This document shows positions 8,642-16,647 of a stretch of 20,000 nucleotides of DNA, piece after piece; positions within the stretch are counted from its first letter, which is position 1, and every line of letters starts with the position of its first letter. Origin of the DNA: an uncultured virus (IMG/VR IMGVR_UViG_3300010885_055091) (Duplodnaviria > Heunggongvirae > Uroviricota > Caudoviricetes). Where the stretch lies: positions 106,944 through 126,943 of the IMG/VR virus record IMGVR_UViG_3300010885_055091. One strand, given 5' to 3'. The notes below the pieces were generated by a model. That model was not told the origin of the DNA and did not search any database. It saw only the letters and a list, made by a program, of their open reading frames with translations. The translations under genes were made by a program, and so were the position numbers.

Positions 8642-8673
8642 GTTGACCAATTGATGAAACCCGATTGGTCAAC
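8642..8673. terminator. Hairpin downstream of the 8053 gene (possible terminator)
   Basis: gttgaccaat (8642-8651) and attggtcaac (8664-8673) form a perfect 10-bp stem. There is no clear U-tract on the + strand. Confidence 0.4.
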
Positions 8674-8727
8674 AAATCCGCTATGGAAGCGTCACTTCTC
8701 CTAGTTCCTATTGTTTAATACGCTGTG

Positions 8728-8757
8728 CATAATCATAATTAAGATATTATGATTATG
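8728..8757. promoter_or_regulatory. Perfect 12-bp inverted repeat (operator-like)
   Basis: cataatcataat-N6-attatgattatg in AT-rich intergenic DNA. Confidence 0.5.
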
Positions 8758-8980
8758 AGTATCAGTATATGGATTATTAACAATCATTCATAATCAAAAA
8801 CTTTATATATCTAGGAATCACGTCACAAGTAGTAAATCTTTTAGATTTTGATCATTAGCAGTAATCTTAGTGGTCTTAATCAAATCTGCTCTATTCTGCT
8901 CATTGATATTAATATAATTTATACAGATTCTTCAGGAAAATATTTTCTTAGGCCTTTTCAAGTAGTATTATGTTGGTAAC

Positions 8981-9163
8981 ATGTCAAAACACGCTAAGAT
9001 AACTTCCCACGAAATCAATGGATCGCAATGTCTTATATTCGAGCCTGAAAGTGACTGTTTTGTTATTGAGATAAAAACCGAATCCGGAGTTCTGGTATCA
9101 GAAAAAATTAGAAGAACACTATTTAATGAGTTGTTTTTAAGGTCTTATACATTAGAAGAATGA
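8981..9163 (+). CDS. Small hypothetical protein
   Basis: 60-aa ORF, first of a closely packed co-oriented run. Confidence 0.6.
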   Translation: MSKHAKITSHEINGSQCLIFEPESDCFVIEIKTESGVLVSEKIRRTLFNELFLRSYTLEE

Positions 9164-9175
9164 TAATGCCTCATA

Positions 9176-9592
9176 ATGCCGAAATTTCCGAAGCATATTG
9201 TAATATCAGCTAAGCAAATTTCCACAATCTTGATATCTTATTGGTATCAAGAGTCAAAAATATTGGAAAATATACCTAGTATAGCGTCAAAAATAAATAA
9301 GACATTATTATCATCTAATTATTCAAATAGTGTAATTGGTGAGTTAATATGTGAAGAGGGTAAATTAATTGATATTTACATGGTATTTTTAGAGTCTCTA
9401 GACATATATTCTTTATTACAACAGATAGAATATTCTAAACTTCTCTGGGATATTAAAAGAAGGTCTGGACTTAAAATTAGAAACGATGTAGCCAAATACC
9501 TGAAATCTACTAAGTGGTGGAAAAACCGAAAAGCCGGGTTTGATTTAGAAAGAAAACGAATAAATACCATAAAGAAGGTCATGAAAGACTAA
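9176..9592 (+). CDS. Hypothetical protein
   Basis: 138-aa ORF starting 12 nt after the previous gene; basic C-terminus. Confidence 0.7.
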   Translation: MPKFPKHIVISAKQISTILISYWYQESKILENIPSIASKINKTLLSSNYSNSVIGELICEEGKLIDIYMVFLESLDIYSLLQQIEYSKLLWDIKRRSGLKIRNDVAKYLKSTKWWKNRKAGFDLERKRINTIKKVMKD

Positions 9593-9608
9593 ATGTATAT
9601 TTTGACTT

Positions 9609-9830
9609 ATGACATTATATAAAATATATAGCATTATATCTCTATTTGTGTTAGTCCTTACTTTCTTTTGGGCGAGGCGCAGTGATGATGCCCAAAAATG
9701 GAGTATCCTGATGAGAGGAATGGTAATTCTTACAATATCTATTATCTGGCCTACTTTCATTTTTGTGTCAGTGGGTGGTATTTTGGGAGTATTGTCGATA
9801 GCATCGAACCGATGGACATCGCCAAAATAA
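9609..9830 (+). CDS. Small membrane protein (2 predicted TM helices)
   Basis: Hydrophobic IYSIISLFVLVLTFFW and MVILTISIIWPTFIFVSVGGILGVL segments. Confidence 0.6.
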   Translation: MTLYKIYSIISLFVLVLTFFWARRSDDAQKWSILMRGMVILTISIIWPTFIFVSVGGILGVLSIASNRWTSPK

Positions 9831-9943
9831 TCCTTTTTAGTGATATCGATTTGTGATTCTTCTTTACATTTACATATATCCTTCATGAAAATTTACGGCA
9901 AAGGAAATGAGCAATATAAGATGTTATTATCCTGAACTTTTAT

Positions 9944-10492
9944 ATGGATAGTTATAGTCAATTAATTTTAAATATTTCGATAAAATACCCTCAATTTAGA
10001 ATCCTTAAGAAGTCGAATTCTCGGATGATGAAAGCGATCGATCTACTGATACGTATTTTAACTTTTGGTAAAAATAAGTCATTCTTGACTGATTATGTAA
10101 CCACCATAAAATATAAAGTATATGTACCGAGTGACTGGAGTACTTTCAAAGAAAGAGATAAAATAATAGTCATTAATCATGAACTGGTTCATATGAATCA
10201 GTATTATCGATATAAAACATTATTTTTCTTGGCATATTTATTATTTCCTGTGCCTCTCTTCTTCGCGTGGGCCAGGACTAAATTTGAAATGGAAGCCTAT
10301 GAGGTGACTCTGCGATTGACAGCTAAACGGTATGGCATACCTCACATAGAAGATGTGTTATATCGGAACAGCATTATCACGATCTTTACAGGACCTGGAT
10401 ATGGTTGGATGATGTATTATAGAAAATATGTAGAAAACTGGTACGATGAAGTATTACGCAAAATCAGACAGGAGTCTGAAGTAAAATCTTGA
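9944..10492 (+). CDS. Zincin-like (HExxH) hypothetical protein
   Basis: INHELVHMNQY, then a hydrophobic segment and FEMEAY (candidate third-ligand Glu). Confidence 0.65.
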   Translation: MDSYSQLILNISIKYPQFRILKKSNSRMMKAIDLLIRILTFGKNKSFLTDYVTTIKYKVYVPSDWSTFKERDKIIVINHELVHMNQYYRYKTLFFLAYLLFPVPLFFAWARTKFEMEAYEVTLRLTAKRYGIPHIEDVLYRNSIITIFTGPGYGWMMYYRKYVENWYDEVLRKIRQESEVKS

Positions 10493-10702
10493 CGGTTGGG
10501 AACCGAGGTTCCTGATGTAAAGGAGATGTGCCTTCCTGATTGATGGCTTGTGATAAAATTTCTTTTGTATCGAGACTTTGAATACTTGATAGCTTGTGAA
10601 TTCTAACGGTAAAGTTTGTTTACAATGAGCCTGCAGTCTGATCTACCTATCGTGAAGTTCAACCTGCACGTATAAGCTTCAAGAATTCTACTTACCAGAA
10701 CG

Positions 10703-10900
10703 ATGAAATCGGAAATGACTGCTGTAAAAATAAGAGTTAGAGACGCCCAATCAATTCGTGAGGAAATACATGAACTGAAGGGAACCACGGCTTGTGATTG
10801 GATGAGAGCCGCCAAAAACCTTATCGATGAAAGAAACGAGGGAGTTGATGGGGAGGACCGAGAAGTCCTCCTATCTATAAAACCCCTCAAGAATTCTTGA
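10703..10900 (+). CDS. Small hypothetical protein
   Basis: 65-aa ORF with plausible composition. An in-frame upstream ATG at 10625 is cut off by a TAA. Confidence 0.4.
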   Translation: MKSEMTAVKIRVRDAQSIREEIHELKGTTACDWMRAAKNLIDERNEGVDGEDREVLLSIKPLKNS

Positions 10901-11684
10901 TCGGTCCTATTACCTTGCGTATCTCTGCTGGATCTCCCTGGAATTTATAGAATCCAGTGTGGTCCAGCTTAATGGTCGGATTGGCAAAGACTCGACCGCC
11001 CATTCGTTTCCAGCGCAAACAGAAGGCCCAATCTTCGGAAAGATAGGTCCCATCTTCTGTGATTTCCGTATCATAAAGAGCATACATGAAGTGCTCACAT
11101 TCTGGGGCATATGCCAAACTATCCCGATATTTTAATTCAGGAAAAGCGTTAAACATTCGCTCGAATACGTGGCGCTTAACCAACATGAAACCGGTGCCAA
11201 GAGTATCGACTTCCACCAAGTCCTCTTTGTTTACAACCGGATCGGCGGTTAAATTCACCACATAACTAATGGGAATGCTCTTTTTAGGATAAAGACCGCC
11301 AACGACATCCTGATTATTACATAGCAACTTCAGGATGGCCTCAGGATCGAAGGCCAGGTCTACATCGATGAACATTAAATGGGTGGCTTCTGGGCATCCC
11401 ATGAACTTTGCGACCAAATTATTGCGAGCGCGCGGAATTAGCGACTCGTTATAAATGATATCCATCGTGAAATTAATTTTTAACTTAGTGGCTATAATGG
11501 CGAACTTAACGAGTCCTGCAAACGTCGATTCGCTGCACATGCCTCCGTACATCGGAAGAGCGAAATAAATGTGTTGTTCCTGTAAAAATTTTAAAGTTAT
11601 TGGGTCTAAAGTGGAAGCTCCTCCATCATTTTTATTGGGAGTGGGAGTGACTTCAAGATTTTCGTTTGATTCTTTAGATTCCAT
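10887..11684 (-). CDS. Glycosyltransferase, GT-A/GT2-like phage family
   Basis: ESLIPRARNNLV...THLMFIDVD (DxD motif)...GGLYPKK...GTGFMLVKR...YLSEDWAFC; SD-like AGGA before the ATG. Confidence 0.85.
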   Translation of the reverse strand: MESKESNENLEVTPTPNKNDGGASTLDPITLKFLQEQHIYFALPMYGGMCSESTFAGLVKFAIIATKLKINFTMDIIYNESLIPRARNNLVAKFMGCPEATHLMFIDVDLAFDPEAILKLLCNNQDVVGGLYPKKSIPISYVVNLTADPVVNKEDLVEVDTLGTGFMLVKRHVFERMFNAFPELKYRDSLAYAPECEHFMYALYDTEITEDGTYLSEDWAFCLRWKRMGGRVFANPTIKLDHTGFYKFQGDPAEIRKVIGPIKNS

Positions 11685-11724
11685 GTTTCCTAACCGATCA
11701 ATAAAACCGTACCGACTGCGCTAA

Positions 11725-11880
11725 TTTTTCATTCAAGAATCGCCGTTTAGGTGCAGTGGACGGTTGATATGGCGATTTGTGATGTGCTGATCTCTAGAGG
11801 ACTCAAATTCGCGGGTCCACGATAAATTAGATTGACTGCTTGAATGGGAGCCGAGTCCGGTCGAATGTCCGGACCGGAGA
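11725..11880 (+). ncRNA. Candidate structured non-coding element
   Basis: Closing stem cattcaag (11730-37) / cttgaatg (11839-46), extendable by G-U pairs. Internal stems aatcgccg/tggcgatt and ggactc/gggtcc. Adjacent hairpin tccggtc/gaccgga. Confidence 0.35.
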
Positions 11881-12000
11881 AATCCGGAATGAGGTTGGAA
11901 TGTGTAAAGCGTATCGTGGGCGTACTCGTTCAAAGTCGGAGGGGTCTGAGGACGTGGGTTGACGGGTGGGAAAGTGAATGGATGGGTGAGAGAGGCGAAG

Positions 12001-12035
12001 AAAAGGCCCCGGGAAGCGTCTCCCTGGGGTCCTTT
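12001..12035. terminator. GC-rich hairpin, terminator-like
   Basis: aaaaggccccggga...tccctggggtccttt forms a near-perfect stem with flanking A and T tracts. Confidence 0.55.
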
Positions 12036-12742
12036 GTCCTTACCCCGGGTTCGCTATAATGTGGTTTAACGGAAGTACCTTTCCGGAGTCAGGAGCGTTA
12101 TCCTGGTAATTGACGTTTGCTGACGCGTATCCTGAATATAAAGGGGTGTACGGGGAATTGGAAGAATCCATAATGCGTGGGATGTCCAAGAACAATTACG
12201 GGTATACGGGAAAATAGAGAGAGATGCAATTCAGGATATACAGATTCCGGATAATTTTTATATCGATAATTTACAGATATGGGGTCTACCGATAGGATCG
12301 ATTGTCCTGGTAATATTCGGGATAATCGGTACCATACATTACCATATAGTAAATTTACAATATGACGAATTGGCATGATTGTTCGACCAATCCATGGAAT
12401 AAAGAATACGGAAATCGGTAGAAACCGATTATTGATAAACTCAGCTTCCATCCGTTAAAGAATGCTTGGAAGTAATGTAAACGAGAGTGGAAGATTTCTG
12501 ATAAAATGTAGAACGGCGGAATTACCAATAAATTTTAGTGGGGCTAAATATTCTGAATGGATACTAAACGCCCGGTAAATCGCGGAGTAATCCTTTCCGT
12601 AAATGGGTGGAATTACAGAATACCTCAATCAATTCATCAAGCACAAATAGAGAACATTAAGCAAAATATAAAATAAAGTATCCAAAATGCGTAGAAAACA
12701 CTTGGCAAAATGTTGAGTAAAGTATTCTGGATGGTGCTCCAT

Positions 12743-12857
12743 TGAATACTCGATATAAAACTCCTGTGAATACTCGATATTTTAATTGACATGCTCGATA
12801 TTTTACTTGACATGTTACTTGACATGCTCGATATATTACTTGACATGCTCGATATAT
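12743..12857. repeat. Degenerate ~21-bp tandem array (TTGACATGCTCGATAT core)
   Basis: ttgacatg at 12786, 12807, 12819 and 12840; ctcgatat at 12749, 12773, 12794, 12827 and 12848. Confidence 0.9.
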
Positions 12858-12940
12858 TTGGAAAACGAATTTTCATAAAAGTAGCCCTTCCTTATTCTTA
12901 TGGTCCTTGTTTGGTATCCTGATATTTTATCCGTAATTTA

Positions 12941-13010
12941 GTAAATTTTATTGGGTACTTCTGTAAATTTTTTGAAATTATCTGTAAATTTTACTGGGTA
13001 TTTCAGTAAA
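12941..13010. repeat. AT-rich array with 21-22-bp period
   Basis: gtaaatttt at 12941, 12963 and 12984, gtaaa at 13006. The first and third units share gtaaatttta(t/c)tgggta(c/t)ttc. Confidence 0.75.
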
Positions 13011-13019
13011 CGGGAGACT

Positions 13020-13397
13020 TTAGGAAAGGTCTCCCGAAATTTTACGATCACCGGTATGCAATTTTGCTTTGACTCCAAATTCATCAATTTTATCCATGGC
13101 CATTTCCTCGGTAAGTCCACTTTGTATTAAAATGCCCGAAATGAAAGTGCCGTCTTCTGGAATTATTCCCCCTATACTGTCTTGGCAAGCTACAACTGCA
13201 AAATGAGTGGTGGTGGACATCATCCAAATACTCCAATTGCTCTCTTGGAGTTCGGCATTTTCCTTCTGCATCGAAATTAAACTATTTTGCACAAGTTTCT
13301 CAGGATTGTCTGAAATATTCAATTGTAATTCTATTAATTTGTCAATTGTTTGATCGAGGATTTCTTCCAACGCCTCTTTTATCTTCTTCATAAACAT
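13020..13397 (-). CDS. Hypothetical protein
   Basis: 125-aa ORF with an N-terminal coiled-coil-like region. Confidence 0.65.
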   Translation of the reverse strand: MFMKKIKEALEEILDQTIDKLIELQLNISDNPEKLVQNSLISMQKENAELQESNWSIWMMSTTTHFAVVACQDSIGGIIPEDGTFISGILIQSGLTEEMAMDKIDEFGVKAKLHTGDRKISGDLS

Positions 13398-13417
13398 ATG
13401 TGTAATAAATAGTTGCG

Positions 13418-13481
13418 CGATATATGGCAGATATTGCCACGATATATGGCAGATATTGCAACGATATATGGCAGGTACTGC
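13418..13481. repeat. 22-bp tandem repeat (3 copies)
   Basis: cgatatatggcag at 13418, 13440 and 13462; unit cgatatatggcagatattgc(c/a)a. Confidence 0.95.
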
Positions 13482-13610
13482 TATGCTTGATCCTATATAT
13501 CGAGTGATTCTTCTTTTAAATTATACCAAAAACGGTGAAGACCCGGAAATTTACACGGAAACAAGTGTAAATCACGATTTATCTTCAACCAATTACAGGG
13601 TCTTCTTTGG

Positions 13611-13826
13611 TTATAAATCTTTTCTCTTGGATATTAAAAATAACGACCTCTTCATTAAATTCCGCATCTCTACTTGTAATTCGGATATTCTTTCCATGAT
13701 ACTGCACAATTCACATTCTTCGAATTTCACCCTATAAACCCCCTTTACAAGGTGACTGATAGCCCGCAGTTCCGTTCTACAATTTAGGCATTCTTTCGTC
13801 CTAGGTTTAAAAGGTATGACTTTCAT
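13611..13826 (-). CDS. Small Zn-ribbon-like hypothetical protein
   Basis: CLNC...CELC cysteine pair in a 71-aa ORF. Confidence 0.6.
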   Translation of the reverse strand: MKVIPFKPRTKECLNCRTELRAISHLVKGVYRVKFEECELCSIMERISELQVEMRNLMKRSLFLISKRKDL

Positions 13827-13876
13827 TCTTAGGTTCTTTTTCCGAAATTGTCGAATTTATCCGAAGCCGGGAATCC

Positions 13877-13933
13877 ATTCAATTGTTCACTTCTAAAATG
13901 TTTCGGTAAAATTTTAGAAGTGAACAATTGAAT
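13877..13933. repeat. Perfect 23-bp inverted repeat with 11-bp spacer
   Basis: attcaattgttcacttctaaaat (13877-13899) - gtttcggtaaa - attttagaagtgaacaattgaat (13911-13933). Confidence 0.95.
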
Positions 13934-14199
13934 TGTACCATGAACGAAATACGGTAATCATAAATTTCACTTATAGAATTTTCACTTCTACAATGCGAAA
14001 AACAGATTCAGTAAATACCCAATACTTTATTGAGACATTCTGTATCTGTCCTCGACACTCCGTACAATTTTACTAAACACTTTTTACCATGTAAAGCCGA
14101 CTTGGTAGCGCCTTGCCCCTAGTCCTTGATAGAATCATAAATCGATACTTTACAGACTCTTCCCATTATGTAATTTTCTTTGAAGAATACCCAGGGAAT

Positions 14200-14868
14200 T
14201 TATATTAACTCCGAATTATTGACTATTTTAAAGGTTCCTAAGGATTTGGCTTCAGATACGGATTTTTGAAGATCATTCTTGTCCATATCTTTTGAATCTA
14301 AGTAGAACACTTCGACTTCATCATCCATTAAATGGATTTCTTCCCTTTGAGCAGAGAAATATAAATATTTAAATATTACCCTTAAAGGTGTTTCCTTTGG
14401 AAGTGGATATCCCGTCCTCAACTGATAAGAAATTTTGAAGCGTTCAACCGTCTTATCTACTTCAGGTACTAATGCAATGAAATACTTCAATCCTTCTCTT
14501 CGAAAATGGATTTTAAACCATTGCTCCGGTTTATCCTCAGACCAGAATTTCAAATGCTCCACCATCTCCCGGGATTTCTCCAAAACGAATACCGGGCTTA
14601 ATTTTCCATTCCGTACAATCCAAGCGCATCCCGCGATTTCGCCGTTCGGACATGAATCGATAGATTTTTCGATGGCTTTTTCGATGGATTCTGTCTGCGT
14701 ATTCAAATCCTGGGGCCACAGGAGCGGTACGTAGGATACAATTACAAAGGATTTCAGACTGTCGGTATCTTGCCTTGCGATGATTTCCATACTCTTTCCT
14801 GAATGAAAGACTCCGAGTTTACCGAAATTTTCTTTTAAAAACATATAAATTACATCCCCAAAACGCAC
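14200..14868 (-). CDS. Hypothetical protein
   Basis: 222-aa ORF; the true start may be the ATG of MFLKENF. Confidence 0.7.
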   Translation of the reverse strand: MRFGDVIYMFLKENFGKLGVFHSGKSMEIIARQDTDSLKSFVIVSYVPLLWPQDLNTQTESIEKAIEKSIDSCPNGEIAGCAWIVRNGKLSPVFVLEKSREMVEHLKFWSEDKPEQWFKIHFRREGLKYFIALVPEVDKTVERFKISYQLRTGYPLPKETPLRVIFKYLYFSAQREEIHLMDDEVEVFYLDSKDMDKNDLQKSVSEAKSLGTFKIVNNSELI

Positions 14869-14947
14869 GCGGTTTTGCGCTTTACGATAGAAAATTACTT
14901 ATTTCGCAGATTCTATTTAAAAACCACCCACCATTGGTAATTATAAA

Positions 14948-16573
14948 ATGAGCATAACAGAATCAATCGAAAAAATTTTCCACAGTTCTAGAATTGAAGA
15001 CCTTCCTGAGGATTTTTCAGAAATTCCGGCGGTTCTTTTTTTTAAGGAATATATTAAGAAGGCTAGGTCAAAAAGAAAGAAGGCGAGGAGTAATCCAAAA
15101 ATTACCATCCACGGAGTCTCAGACGTGGAATCGTCACAAGCCTTCATAGATAAACTTGATGAGGCGTACCCGGATCTCACCGGAAAACAATTTAATGAAA
15201 TTTGGGAGACTCTCCGCTTCTCTCTTGACTACGGCGTCATGGGCGGGGATCCGTGGCAACCAAAAATTCTCCCTAACGGGGGAGTTCTCATTCGAAATCA
15301 TCACCGGGTAGTTTCTATTTCTGAAAGACCTATTTTTAGTACCCGGATAGAAATAGATAAATTTCACCGAGAGCTCACCGAATTACAAGAATTGATGAGT
15401 TCTAAATTCGACGTAGAACAAAAACAAGAATATTTTTTATTCAGTGTCCTTCACCGCACTGAAAACGGGATTACGTGGACAAAAAGCATCCCAGAATCGC
15501 TTTCCCCCATCGGCAACACTTTAGTTTTCATTCCAGCTTCTTGGATTAATACCGTCCGGAACGAGGGATTGGAATCTAAATTTCCTACTATTGCCCAACA
15601 CGGATTTAAGAAAACTGTTGACCAGTCCAGTTCCGGCCTTTGTGTAATTCGCACTTTTTCCCAACAAATTTTTGGGTATTGGACATTCCGAGCCAGCGAC
15701 GAATTCGACGTTATTCTGGAAGAATTTTCCACAACTGTTGATTGGGGAGTTACAGATCCAGATTTAATTACGAACCCGGACATTAACCAACAAGACAATT
15801 CCTCCGAAGTCAGGTGCCGGGTTCGGGATATGTCTCAACAAATAAATACTAAGGGTTTATCAACACTCTTATCTCTACTAGTCAACAATGCCTTCGCCGA
15901 CGATTACGTAAAAGAAAAATGTCATGAGATTCAAAATTTTCCCCCAATATTTGGCGAAAAATATGACGTACCTCCTTATTATTGGGTGAATAATAAGGAG
16001 TACTTATACAATTATTCGAAATCTAAAGACGGAAAAATTTTCGTCTTCAAGGTGCATAATTTTCCCGTAAAGAGTTTTAAACAGTTCGAAAAGAAAATGA
16101 TCGAACAAATTAAGTTAATTATCCCGTCCGGTCAAGAGGGCTCCTTTGCGGTTTATTTTCCCTCAGTAGATGAAGAACCATTTGACGGCGAAAATTTCGG
16201 CATCAAACTTCACTCCGATGAGTTAAAGTTAACTCTTCGAAATATTTGCAAAAGAGAAAAGAAGATATTCAAGAGTAATTGGGCGAATCCGGCTTCAACA
16301 CCGGAAGAACTCGCTCAAAGAGAAGAAGATCACATGGATGATGTTTCTCCTTGGTATATCATATTTGAAACCGATTCTATTCCGGATCCCACTCAGGTGC
16401 ATAAGCAAGCTCTTCTTGCTTCTTCGATTCTTGATGATAGTTTGACTGCCATCATCCCGGCGTTAGGGTTTCATCAGGGGTATTGCTGCGGACTTGAAGA
16501 CTCGGGCAACGGTGGCATCTTCATTCCAGAAAACTTTTCAGATGAAGACGAAGAAGAATCGGACGATGAATGA
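14948..16573 (+). CDS. Large hypothetical protein with acidic C-terminal tail
   Basis: 541-aa ORF ending FSDEDEEESDDE; no family recognised. Confidence 0.85.
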   Translation: MSITESIEKIFHSSRIEDLPEDFSEIPAVLFFKEYIKKARSKRKKARSNPKITIHGVSDVESSQAFIDKLDEAYPDLTGKQFNEIWETLRFSLDYGVMGGDPWQPKILPNGGVLIRNHHRVVSISERPIFSTRIEIDKFHRELTELQELMSSKFDVEQKQEYFLFSVLHRTENGITWTKSIPESLSPIGNTLVFIPASWINTVRNEGLESKFPTIAQHGFKKTVDQSSSGLCVIRTFSQQIFGYWTFRASDEFDVILEEFSTTVDWGVTDPDLITNPDINQQDNSSEVRCRVRDMSQQINTKGLSTLLSLLVNNAFADDYVKEKCHEIQNFPPIFGEKYDVPPYYWVNNKEYLYNYSKSKDGKIFVFKVHNFPVKSFKQFEKKMIEQIKLIIPSGQEGSFAVYFPSVDEEPFDGENFGIKLHSDELKLTLRNICKREKKIFKSNWANPASTPEELAQREEDHMDDVSPWYIIFETDSIPDPTQVHKQALLASSILDDSLTAIIPALGFHQGYCCGLEDSGNGGIFIPENFSDEDEEESDDE

Positions 16574-16590
16574 CTGAAATGTAAACATAA

Positions 16591-16637
16591 ATACAAATGA
16601 GCCCGAGGCCAGTTTTGGCTCTCGGGCTCATTTGTAT
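16591..16637. terminator. Strong hairpin between convergent genes (probable bidirectional terminator)
   Basis: atacaaatgagcccgag and ctcgggctcatttgtat form a perfect 17-bp inverted repeat, with an inner gcca/tggc stem, between the stops at 16573 and 16648. Confidence 0.75.
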
Positions 16638-16647
16638 GCTAGTTATT

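Noticed and set aside
11733..12059. Short ORFs on both strands, and assignment as tmRNA or RNase P RNA
   Set aside because: The ORFs look like by-products of G-rich sequence, and I found no tRNA-like ends, tag frame or RNase P consensus.
12034..12060. Sigma70 promoter TTGTCC-N15-TATAAT
   Set aside because: The spacer is only 15 bp and no downstream + strand gene is evident, so it was not listed as a feature.
12098..12876. ORFs 12098..12451 and 12637..12876 as real genes
   Set aside because: Their odd composition is explained by strand skew and by translation of the 21-bp array (SSMSSNI repeats); no supporting motifs.
12743..13481. CRISPR array
   Set aside because: The repeats are head-to-tail with no unique spacers, and no cas genes are present.
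13877..13933. IS or MITE terminal inverted repeats
   Set aside because: Only 11 bp lie between the arms, and there is no target-site duplication or transposase.
14008..14166. Stop-codon reassignment (TAG read-through), suggested by a short minus-strand frame with one internal TAG
   Set aside because: Long genes are intact in the standard code, and dam and infA end with TAG at their expected C-termini.
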